Assembly: GCA_045837725.1 (NCBI GenBank)
Contig: JBEWZL010000260.1
Coordinates: 1-64,000, forward strand
DNA from: Vermamoeba vermiformis
Lineage: Eukaryota
Length of the DNA: 64,000 nucleotides
Direction: 5' to 3'
The position numbers and the translations under genes were made by a program. Of this stretch, positions 24,536 to 36,016 are shown in pieces. Under the pieces are notes generated by a model. It did not search any database and was not told where the DNA came from. It saw only the letters and a program-made list of their open reading frames with translations. Every line of letters begins with the position of its first letter. The first letter of the stretch is position 1.

Positions 24536-27500
24536 TTAATCCTGGAGCATATTAGCTTTGTTAACTGCATTAGAACAAGCATACCTTGCTAAGACTGTTT
24601 GGAGCTGGACTGTGTCGTTGCAAGAGTAGATTTTGAATTTATGTTTACCTTTGATTCTCCTATCTCTCCAGCAGAAGCCACAATAGATTTTTGTTGCGCA
24701 TTGGTCACACTCTTGTTTGCTGCATCCAGCATAGAAAAAGGGCATTTGTCTTTTGCAAAGCATGCAAACAGTCATGTTCTCTATTGGCCTGTATTCAAAG
24801 TCTTCTTTCCAAAGAAATTGGCAATCATCTCGAAATTTCAATATTGATTCGGCCAGAATTTTTTTCTCTTCATTTCCAAGCTTCATTAACTTATCAGGAT
24901 GATTGAATAAGTATCCCAAAATACTTTCAATCGGGATGGGATTAATAGAATAAGTAGGATACATTAGCAGAGCAGCAGGTAAGAATGTAAAAGGTAGCAC
25001 TGTCCAGCTAATAGCAGTAGTGATTGGAGATACCTGCAATTCCTCTATGTAAGTTTTTTTTGCACCTCGAACCAACTTACCTCCTTTTGTGGATATGATA
25101 TAACACAATGCCAAGTTAAGGGAGGAACCAAAATAATTTCCCCAGATTTTTGCCAATAACAATCATATTCAACACCAGCTCTATCTAACTCTGATTTGGG
25201 AATCAGTACTCCATGCATGTAATCATCACTATTTTTCTTTTCTGTAATTCGATTAGCACATTTACATTTTGTTGTTTGTTACCATTAAAAAGAGCCTTGA
25301 ACTTTTGCAAGTTTGAAACAGAATTTTTAATGAAGTACCAAAGTTTTAGTCCAGATCCAATAGAAATATTGACAGCAGGAGCACCCTACAGATAATTAGC
25401 CCTCAACATTGATCAAAATTGCAATTCTCACCAATGGGTCCATGTGAAAACCAATGCCACCAAGGTAACTGGACTTGATGATAGAAAAATTGCCCCAATT
25501 GAAGTTGTTCATCTGCAACAATGAGTTTTTCAGGGAATATTCTTCAGGAATATCATTGAGCAAAGCAGATTTTTCAACAAGCTTTAAGAACTCTTCTTCA
25601 ACGCTCTCATGATCTGTTTATTGAGTCAACAATTACTCCATGTGTATCTAATTTACTTACCTAACGAGCAAAATGGATTGAAGTGCAGCTCTTCTGGTGA
25701 TAGTTCTATGTTTTTTAGCTCAAAAACATTTGAATCCAGGTTTAGGTGGAAAACTTCAGTGCTAACGGGAAAGTCCTTCAACCTAAATTGTATTAGTGCA
25801 ATTCCTTGGGGATTATGACAAAGTTACCGATTTGTTATTGCATGTAACAAAGAGAAATGTCCTTTAGTGCATATTTTCAAGGAAGAGTTGCTGCAGGAAC
25901 TTGCATTCCAAAAAAGCGCCTCTGTTGAACATAAAGGGAGGATAGATTTTTCTGGTTCTGGTTGCTCTGCCCATTTGTTGTAATATTCTTTGTGATTGTC
26001 CTCATCAATCCAAAGTGCTTCATAGGAAATATTGTGTGAATCCATTGCACGCTGAATTTGGGAAGATTGCTCAAAATCTGGGCATAGATTTAAGACTTTT
26101 TCAGCTGACCAAACTGCCTTTTGAACCATTACCATTGCACAGAGTGTCACAACAAGGAAATTAACATTGGACAGTGCGGTGTCTTTGAAGAATGATTGTT
26201 TATACTAAGAAATTAGTTAGAATAACATGGTTTTGGTGAAAATCACATACCACATGCATTGCAAAGTAGAATAAATCTCGTAGGTCAAAATTAGTTCCTT
26301 TAAGTTTTGAGCCCCAGCAGATATGGTAGTGGCATGATTCATCAACAAAGAAACAATGCCTTTTTTGGGGTAGATGTCCCTCATATATACATTCAAGTCC
26401 AAGTGGAATAATAACTAAAGACCTTGTTAATACAAAGTTTCTAAATAAATCTGACTTACCTAGCATGCTTTGATACTCAAAGCTTGGATTGGCAAGCCAT
26501 TTTTGTGCCGTTGTATCCTCACCATAATGGTTTCTAAGGTCTAAAAAATATACTTCACTTGGCTGCCAATCCAACGCCAACACTTTAAATGCAGGTATTG
26601 ATGCTTTGCGATTCATAGCAGAGATCTTTCGAGCAAAAATTGGCATCAGCAGAGCTTCTGCATCTCTAACAACAGTTGGTAATTCACCTTCCTTGTCCTC
26701 ATAGTGCGCATCAAGTTCAATATGTAAAGACATTGTTTCTTCTGGCAAAGCATTTGAAGCATTCTGTCGAAGTATATTATTTAGCGCCTCATGAGCCGTC
26801 TTCATTCTTGACTCTTTATCTGCATTTTCATGAAGTTTAACTTGCCAGTTCCTATAGGATTCTGAGGTGGCTACAAATAAGTTAGGACATTTAATTACCT
26901 ATAAAGTGACAGTACCTTGAGCTAAGACTTTAACTTGAGCAGCCTCACTATAATTGCATCCCAGTATGTATATATCATTGATAACAAAGGGAATCATGTC
27001 TTTTTCCTCATCATTCAGTAAATTAGCTAGTTGGGTGCGACGGCAGTGGTTGCTAATTATTTGTATGGCCTTCTCTCCCAGATTCTTAGCCATAGAATAA
27101 AGTCTTGCTGTTTAAATTGTTATTCTAAGATGAATGTATTACAAGAATTCAGTTCTTACACAAGTTTAGCACCTTCTTGCCAGGAAATCTAGCTTCTAAT
27201 TCTGTTTGATTGGTTATCTCTGGGTGTTCTTTTAAAATTCTAACGCAGAATTATGAGAGATTAGGCACTAGTGAAGTCATACCTTCGAATTGCAAAAACT
27301 ACATCAATAAAAGTTTTAGGAACTTCTGAAGAATTGAAAACAGATTGTGTTTGAAGATCCTGTAGCTAGTTAATATTAAAAGAATCAAGAGTTTAATTAC
27401 CTCTACTGTAACAAATGCAAAAAGCTCAATCAACAGCGCAGACACTTGCAATTCAGCACTTGCAGAGTTTAATTCGTGAATAGCTTGAGAGCAGTGTTGA

Positions 27501-28142
27501 CCATCACTAATCCCTAAGCACAATCTTTGACTATCATTCTTTGACTCTAACACGTGACATTGAATTGGTTTTGGCATTTTGGGGTTGTTTATGATCTGAT
27601 TCTTCAAAGTGTGCACGTGCTCTTCTGAAAAAGGTCTAGAATTCACACTATAACAATTAATAAGTATTTTAATTTATCATATCTAACTTACAATACTCCT
27701 TTTATGATGGACTCCGGAACAAAAATGTTTGTCTCCAATTTTAGGTAACCTCGAACACCTTTACGCCAACAAGATTTGCAATGAGCAGTTCTAATTGGAA
27801 TAGAAGGCACTTCAATTGTTCTATATTATTTTGTGAATAATTGCCACGATGCCAAAAATTAGAACTGCATACGCTAGTCTTATGGCGTACAAGTTCAGTT
27901 TTTAAGTACTTACAAACCATCAATTTGGCCACAAGTTGAACAAAGAGTTTGGTCTGATTTCTTTATATTGCAACTTGAGTGATTGATTGGTTTCCATTGA
28001 TCCAATAAGAGCTGATGCGGATGTGAAAGCTAACAAAATATTTAACAGTAGGTAACTTTGAACCACAAAAATTTTGTTACCGTTAGCAACTTACTTTGTC
28101 ACCATTCTCAAGGCAATGCATCTCATTGTTATTATTGGCCAT
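24536..28142 (-). CDS. Multi-exon ParB/Srx-like + JmjC dioxygenase + Cys-finger protein (paralog 2)
   Basis: NSRPFSEEHVHTL...ISDGQHC (ParB-like); GIGFHMDP (~25440), GLKLWYF, QKSGEIILVPPLTWHCV (~25110), TTAISW give an intact JmjC H-x-D...H; CMLC..C....CDQC....YCGFC. Confidence 0.75.
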
Positions 28143-28717
28143 TAGAATTTGAACGTGTTGGTTTAGTTGTTGCTCCCAGGGTGGTACAAATTTTGCTAAC
28201 AATTAATGGTAACAATATATAAAATTTGGTAAGTGTAGTGTTGCCATGGATATTGGAAAAAGATGGATAGTTAGTCCTCCGCACACCGCTTTATTTATCG
28301 GGCAGAATTCCTAATAAGGAAAATTTAACAAAACATTGGGAAGTAATCTTCAGTTAATCACCAGAGTAAGCGTTGTAAGAATGAACACTATAGAAAAAAG
28401 GCCAGATAATGCTAGTAAAATGGAGGGGTATTTGGCACAGGCAAAGCTCTTAATGTAAATAATTGCGGAAAATGATAATTATGATCTTTAATTCAGAAAC
28501 TGATTGTTACTAACAAAAAACATTTAAATAGAGGCATTGATGTATATGGACTTGAATTAGAGGACAATAGACAAACAAACAAAAAGAGAAAGAATTTGAC
28601 GGATGTGAACAAACAGAAAAAAAAACAAAAAACTGTATCATAACAGTTAATAAAATAAGATTGTCTTATCCTATATATAAACATTTAACAGGTATTTTCC
28701 TACTCTACAACTTTCTA

Positions 28718-28892
28718 CCATTTTCACCTTGGAGTGGATCTAGCGTTAACAGAGAATAAGGGTAGCAGAGTGAAAATAACAGTAAGAATTAGAGTTTTGT
28801 TAACAAGCATTATTAATTCTTTGATTTAAATCCATTTCTGGCTGCTGCAATTGGCAGCAGCCATTTTCACCTCGAGGTGGATCCGGTTAACC
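28718..28892. repeat. Direct repeat pair plus hairpin at the left edge of the CpG-rich island
   Basis: ccattttcacct(tgga/cgag)gtggatc..gttaac at 28718 and 28861; tggctgctgcaattggcagcagcca at 28839-28863. Confidence 0.6.
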
Positions 28893-28992
28893 CGTAGTAC
28901 AAACATATTTTGAGGAGTTATTATAGCTAAATCATTTATTTGAAGTGATTCTTTACAAGACTATTTCATATTAGATAACTTACGGATTATTT

Positions 28993-29573
28993 CTACAAGG
29001 CAACTAATAACGGAGCCCATGAGCGAGCACTGAGAAGACTGTCCAACGCAGGATACGAACGAAAAGCACCAGCATGAACTGAAACGACTGTTGGTGGTCG
29101 GTTTCTCGCGGAAAGAAAGTCAACTTTCGATCGCGCTCTCGTTTTTCCAATCAATCCTGTATCCTGTAATAAACGATTTTCAATGCACATTACTGTATTG
29201 ATGCCATTGAGGCATTGAAACAAGTCAGTGATGTAATTAATTGCGGATGTCCACTGACCGTCATCCGGAAAATCACACGGGAGCAATCGATTTGCTCCCA
29301 CAATAGCGTATTATACTATGCGTAGAATTATCATACCTTGGCACGTGGCTTCGCAGCTCGTTGCTGTGATGCTCGTTGATGTCGATCGACTGATCTGCTG
29401 ATAATATTAACAAATAGCAATTATTGATGTCAGATCGGATGTGCAAGCAACGTAATTTGAACACGAGCAATTGATCGCTCCAATGCAATAGCAAAATATA
29501 TGGTAACGTACATTATTTGTTTGCGTAGCTGCTTCGCCAGTCTGTGCTGTGGTGCTAGGTGTTGTCGCGCCAT
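28993..29573 (-). CDS. Possible small basic spliced ORF (~100 aa)
   Basis: MARQHLAPQHRLAKQLRKQI|IRSVDRHQRASQQRAAKPRAK|DTGLIG... joins in frame via two GT-AG introns; no homology recognised. Confidence 0.25.
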
Positions 29574-29579
29574 CCAATC

Positions 29580-31330
29580 TAAAAATAACGTTAAAAATTA
29601 CGAGGGATCGAAAGCTGCGAGCACATTAAGGCCACTAATACTAATTGATAGTAACCTTTTATATTAATACTATAGTTAAATTAACATGTGCTTACCTTTC
29701 AATCATTACACTAATTTTAGTATCGAATCCGCGTTTCTCTATCATACTCATCATTTGAGGCCACCTAATCATATATTTTGTTAGAGAGAATATACTGCAA
29801 GTGTATTATGTCACAGACATCCCTGGCACTTCGTATTACTCGGAGAGGTGACCGCCACCAGATCGCCGATCGGCTATTGAACACATCAACTTGCTATTCT
29901 AAATATAAAAACGCGTTAATATGTATGTATAAATAACTAAAATGACAAAACTTACACGTAGAATTATCTCCAACAAATTTTCTTCTCGCGAATCCGTTCA
30001 ACTTACGGATCGCGTCTCTCTTTCACGTTCGCAATTTCATTCGATCTAAATGTATAAAACGTTAGTATTTATATATAGCTATCGTGGTATACTACTTACT
30101 TTGCTATCTTTGATTATTTGTGCACGTGATTTAATCGCTATCGGATTGGTGTTCTCGTCCTTGAAATTAAATTGCGGCGCTTCTTATAACTATAATAAGA
30201 ATAACATTAATACTTTACAATTGACTCAATAAACATTGTTTACTTGCTTTTAGCGCGATCGACGCGTGTGTAATCAGTTGATGGCTCGCGTGTCAGACTT
30301 CGAAAATTTTCAACTACGGGGGTCCCTGCATAAATTGAGTCAGTAATACAAATAATTATTATAGTGATTATGTATTATTTACGTAAATAAAGCTTACCTT
30401 GTAATCGCTAATTTTTGAGGATCGCGCATCCCAAGTTGCGGATTTCATTATTGTATGTCTTCATTCGATAAATCTAGTAGGATACAACGTTAGTACTTAT
30501 AACTAATAAACGTGTAAATAAACTTACACACTTTTCATTCGTTACTGCCGCGAGATTTGACCCCAGTTAGATCACGTGCACGCGATCTGTGAAATTAGAT
30601 CATAACCCTTGAAATATCCTAAAAATGCTATCAATACGTTTCAATTAATAAGTCAAATACAGTCTTGTTACCTTGTGCGCAATTGATGCGTTGTGTCAAT
30701 GGGATAACCGACAAGACGATCGACTTCGATTTGATTTAGCGTGGGATCTCGTCTGTGCAAGTCCTGCAGAAGAACAAACCGTTTGTTCTTCTGCAGGACT
30801 TGCACATTAATAACTAATAAAATAATAATTTTAAAGCATTGCACTTACTTATTTTAGCGATTGATGCATGCGCACCATCAAATTTGAAGGAAAGTTAGCC
30901 CTCGATCTGCGCGTCCTACTTATTAATAATATTATTAAATATTTATAATAATTAAATTGTATAGTATTACTTGCACTTATTATTTTGGGCTTGAGGGTTA
31001 AATAATTAGCGCGAGCAAGATCGCGAAGATGTCGCGATCAATATCGGTCTCTCCGCTTAGCGAAACAGCTTCCACATAAGATTAAACAATTAATAAAACT
31101 ATTTGCACAATTTTCAAAATTAAAAGTGGTTATCCCCAAATTGAATTGATCATTACCTCGATCTCAACGGGTTCGAGCTCTGAGCTTGGCGAGTAATTTA
31201 ATCCAAATGACTCACGCTGAACGGCCGTGGCTACCGTGGCGTCTCTCTGCTGTAAATAACTACTCACAAGAATATATTTCGACCCTTGTGGTCGATTTGT
31301 TGGCGACTGTTGCGAAATAACCACTGTGAT
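29580..31330 (-). ncRNA. Putative spliced non-coding hairpin-exon array, block A
   Basis: Regular AT-rich introns (29899-29955, 30046-30099, 30190-30243, 30326-30397, 30474-30527, 30619-30671) with GTAA donors, YTRAC-like branch points and AG; exon 29956-30045 has stops in all three frames. Confidence 0.5.
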
Positions 31331-32024
31331 TATTTTCGCATCAGCTGACCTGTGTGGAGACCCGTGGAGATTTAATTTGCTTTTATTTAACAATTATTAC
31401 AGTTTAAATGTAGTTCGTACTCGTTCTAATATTAGCAAAATCTAGATCCGTTCGTAATTGATCAGATAGACTCCGTAAATCGCTGATTGTGAAAATGTTA
31501 AGAATAACGATTTAAAATAGGTTTAATCTACTTACGTAAGTAGATCGAATCTCGATCAGTTTCTCGTAACTATTAAATTCCGTGTAATTTTAAAAATTTA
31601 AAATGGCGCATTCCTTGCGTTCTTATTGACTATTCTTATTACTATCACGCGTCCAACGCATTTTGGTAGCTTTAACACAGCAAGTACCGTATTTCCTAAT
31701 TAGGAAAACATATACGTAAGTTCGTAACCGGCCGTTACGAATATTTCACATCTTCGCATTATGTTGGGTACTATAGTTCTTTTATTATTACAGTTATATA
31801 TTTTGGCGCATGCCATTGCCAAATTAAAGCAGACGGATGTAAACAACGGATCAACGGATTACATCCGTTCTGAGATCCGGTAAGATGCTATTTTAATAAT
31901 ATTGTAATAGATATATTAGATAAACAGAAAATTTTGAACTTACATCCGTATTGATAATAATTATTTAGCAATTTTTTGGATTTGTAGTCGTTGTTTTAAT
32001 TCATTCGTTGTATTAAGAATATCT

Positions 32025-33042
32025 TTGACCGATTTCAATGAGCTTTATGAAGAAGATATTGATGAGGATATTGAAGAAGAGATTGACGAACAAATTGAGC
32101 TCAAACTGCGAAGATCTCCACGCAATCACCAACCAATACCAACAAATCGGCGAAAGGCTAAGGGACGGAAGAATGTTTGGAGATCAACTACGCTGAAAGA
32201 GATCCCTCCAAGATTCACTTCACGGACAAACGTAGATGCTATATCAGCAGCGGCACAGTATGACATAGATACGTTTACTGTCATTGACGGCAATTATCAA
32301 GTGCTTGTTCCAGGTCCTGGTTGCCCTCAAGACAGGACGTATATTAAATCAATCAAAAATGCGCTGCCCAAAAAATTGGTGGATCGAGTCACACGATCAA
32401 TTAGACATCTCAAAGACTGCAACAAAGCAGAACAAAGAGGTGACATAAATGGTTGGTCCTATCATATTGGTTCTTGGACTCCGCAAGGTGGCACAGAGAT
32501 TAGAGCCACAGCTGCCTCTTTGTCATTGAAAGGACTTGATGTCTTCAACCGCGTACTAGCAGGACAACGGGGACTTCGCGCTAGAATTGAGCGCTTGGTA
32601 CACAAACACTTTTTATTCATGTCAAGACGTTACGAAGAAGTGACCAAAGGAGATGACGATGCAGTGACTAGCGTATACCGAACAATGGCAATCAACATTG
32701 ACGGAGAGTCAAAGCCACATATTGACTCCGGTGACTACGGTGATGGACTGTGCTTAGTAATGCCTTTTGGAGAGGACTATGAAGGTATTTATTTTTCAAA
32801 GTCCCGATCTCGAATAATGAAAAACATTAGGAGGAGATTTGGTCTTTTATGAGCTTGGCTTGCGGTTTGTATTGAAACCTGGTGATGCTATATTCTTTAA
32901 GAGCAAGCAATTGCTTCACGGTAACGCCCCTGTTAAAGAGTGTCTCTCACGGCATTCGCTGACGTGCTTCACTCACAGCATTGACTTTCATCCACGATAC
33001 CAAAAAAAGGTCAAAATCAAGAATAATGCCATAATAAACTGA
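32025..33042 (+). CDS. TET/JBP-family 2OG-Fe(II) dioxygenase (start codon unresolved)
   Basis: AINIDGESKPHIDSGD (HxD); 46-nt intron 32785-32830 gives EGGDLVFYELG; LKPGDAIFFKSKQLLHGNAP (distal His); RHSLTCFTH (2OG-binding Arg). Confidence 0.85.
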
Positions 33043-33349
33043 TAGTGTATGTTTTTAGGGTGTTGACTAGCAAACTTTGGTTGGTAAAAGTGGATCTGAA
33101 AAATTGCGTTGCAAATCCAATTTTTCTGCACATTTACGATTACAATGTAACATGTTAAGCATAATGATATATTGACACATATAATAAAATTTTTTATTGA
33201 TATATAAAATGTTTCAATAACCCCACTATCCGTCAAAAACGGCACTTTGGACATTTGATCACTTTTTCAAACTCGACATCATCTTGTGTTAATAATGTGA
33301 AAGTTATTTTGTTGTTATTAAGACATCTATAATCTTTGCTTATACTTGA

Positions 33350-35290
33350 AAAAACTAGATTCTGTTCGTTGTTTGCATGATCCAGTGATTTGCAAGATCA
33401 ACGGGAAAAATGGAACAAGAAGTTGCTGCATTCTGATATTATGCTCTAAAATATGTTAAATGTAAATAATAACTCTTATATAAATAACCGTGACAACTTG
33501 CCTTAGTCATGCATTGAACTTGAGATCACTACCGAAACCGGATCAACGGTAAAATTAAACTCCTATTGATTCTAGTAACAATAACGAGTTATAAATGCAT
33601 GTAAAACTAACAATAAAACGTAAATATAATTACCAATTATGCTCTAAATTATAACTTGACGAATCGAGTTTTGTCTGATCTCGTTCCAGTTATAACTTTG
33701 TTAAAGGGTCGCGTTGAACCCTCTCAATCTATCTTCATATTAATTATATTGCAATAAATACAATTCAAACTTACCTTAGTTGTTGGAGCCATCACTAGAA
33801 ACGGAAATAACGCGCCAGATCACGTTACCAAATCCGCTCCGTGTCATTTCCTACACATTAAATTAGTATCTATGAGTTAATATATTAATAAATAAGGGGT
33901 TTTGCTTACCTTCAGAGCGATCGATGCTCTCTATATAAATTTTCTAAACGGATCGAGATGCGTCTGATCTCGATCTCGTTAATTTTACTTAGGGTTTCAG
34001 AGCGATTCCTAATTATAAAAACACGTTAGTATTACTCAATATCTAACGTTTGAATACTTACAGGGCTAGCTTTCAATCAATATATCGAAATTGTTAACGC
34101 GAGAAGATCGCGTTCCAGATCCGCTCTCGCACTTTTACAAGGCCTGAATAAACGGCTTAATATTGCATAAGTTCTATATATCTATATTAAAGGACTTACA
34201 TCACAGGAAAAAACAGCTGAAAAACCAGCCAGTAATCCACCAGTATCCTTGCCCGATCGCATCAAGCTTGAGATATTGTCGTGAGTGGCTATGAAGGTGG
34301 CGAAAGTGTGACGCGAACGAAACAAATGTAGATGTCACGTCCCGACCACCAATTGGTGGTTGAGATCTCGCGTATCGAAAGTGACTGTAACTTTCGTTTG
34401 CGCTCGATCAAATCCAAGACATTGAATTATTACTTGAAAAATTAAATTTGAATAACAAATCTCGGTCTCTGCACCGAAACCTCATCGTCGCTATCTATCG
34501 AAATGACTCGCACTGTAGCAACTTTGGAGTCGCGGCGCGTAACTTCCTGCTGTCAATAACTCCATATTTAATAATATTTCGACCTTTGTGGTCGATCTGT
34601 CATAACTTTGTTATTTAGGCAATTATATTATTGTAAAAATACTTACCTGGGTACGTTGCATCAGGCGCATCCGATCGCCTGATCAGTTGAAAATCTTGCC
34701 GGTGAGTGACAGTGAGAATGGCGAGGGCGTGACACGAACGAAGTAAATGTACCTATCGCGTTCCGACCATTGGCAGTCGGGATCTAGCACACCGACGGTA
34801 CCACAAGTTAACTTTCAAACGCGTGAATAAATTGTGATCACTGTGGAAATAAAAAGTTACTTGTTAATATATCGACTATAGTGTAATTTAATCATTTCGA
34901 CCGTATAAAATCCAGATCAAATACGAGCTCGATCGATATGGTAGAAAAATTAAATATTCAATTAAGGAGAAAATATGTTTATAAATAGTGGAGCTATTAG
35001 AAAAAAAATATTACCTTAAATTATCTCGGTCACTACACCGAGATTTGATCGCGTTTTGTTCGCGATCTTAAAGCCGCGCTGGAACGACGCTGAATGTCGT
35101 TTGGCGCGTGTTGAATATAATAACTCCTATAATAGCAATAAATCGACCCTTGTGGTCGATCTGATGCGAATCGAAGTTCGCGTCGACTTCTTCCAAATAA
35201 CTCGCGCTGAACGGCCGTTGCGACCGTGGCGCGTAACTACCGTCTGTTAATGAACAATAAATCGACCACTGTGGTCGATCTGTCTTAGTT
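33350..35290 (-). ncRNA. Putative spliced non-coding hairpin-exon array, block B, plus double-hairpin units
   Basis: Introns such as 33851-33909, 34009-34061 and 34144-34199; exon hairpins homologous to block C. Confidence 0.5.
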
Positions 35291-35837
35291 ATGAAAAATA
35301 ATTTCCTTGCGGTAGAATTGGTAACGTATGAGGTAAATTATACAATTTATATCAAAAGCAATCAAATACTCAATATTGAATATTTAGGTTCGATCCGAGC
35401 CAGTAGTTCAGAACGGATGTAAATCTAGTAACGGATATAAGACGAAATAAAAGCATTATAAATATTAAAAAGATTTCACTTAATGTTATCGAGTTTAATA
35501 TGAAACTTGTTATGACGAGTTCGAGTTAAACTTTTACCGTTTTTCTGTGATCACAGAAAACTGGCCAACGAGATTTCCCGTCACGTGCTTTCGTTGCATA
35601 TTTATGCAGTGAAAGCATGTGAATTTTGCTTACTTACCGAATAATAATCAATATGACGCAGGGAACCGTCATTTTAAAAGTTAAAATTACTCTCGTAAAT
35701 TAAAATTACGAGATACGGATCGAGCTTCGTGCCGTGTAAAATTTAAATCGTTGTTTATTTTATAATTAACATATATTAATCGGTATTTAATGGGTAATTT
35801 GAACGTTCGAGCCCGAACACGCGATCTGTGATGAAAT

Positions 35838-35971
35838 TGAAATGATTGTAAGACAAGGAGTAGGATAAGAAGACGTTTATTGTGATAGTTACAGCGCTAT
35901 TTATGCTATCGAAAGGGACATTTCCCTAACGATGCGCAATATCGTTCCAACGATATTCGCAATTCGTTACA
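35838..35971 (-). repeat. 3' LTR
   Basis: Identical to 41208-41341; preceded on the minus strand by PPT AGGAAGGGAGAA (35972-35983). Confidence 0.97.
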
Positions 35972-36016
35972 TTCTCCCTTCCTTATATTGAAGTGGTATA
36001 TATATAATAAAAATAA

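Noticed and set aside
5560-28142. KDZ/Plavaka/CACTA DDE transposase, Helitron HUH-Pif1, Polinton PolB/capsid or tyrosine recombinase
   Set aside because: No recognisable motifs of these families by eye; a divergent one cannot be excluded without profile searches
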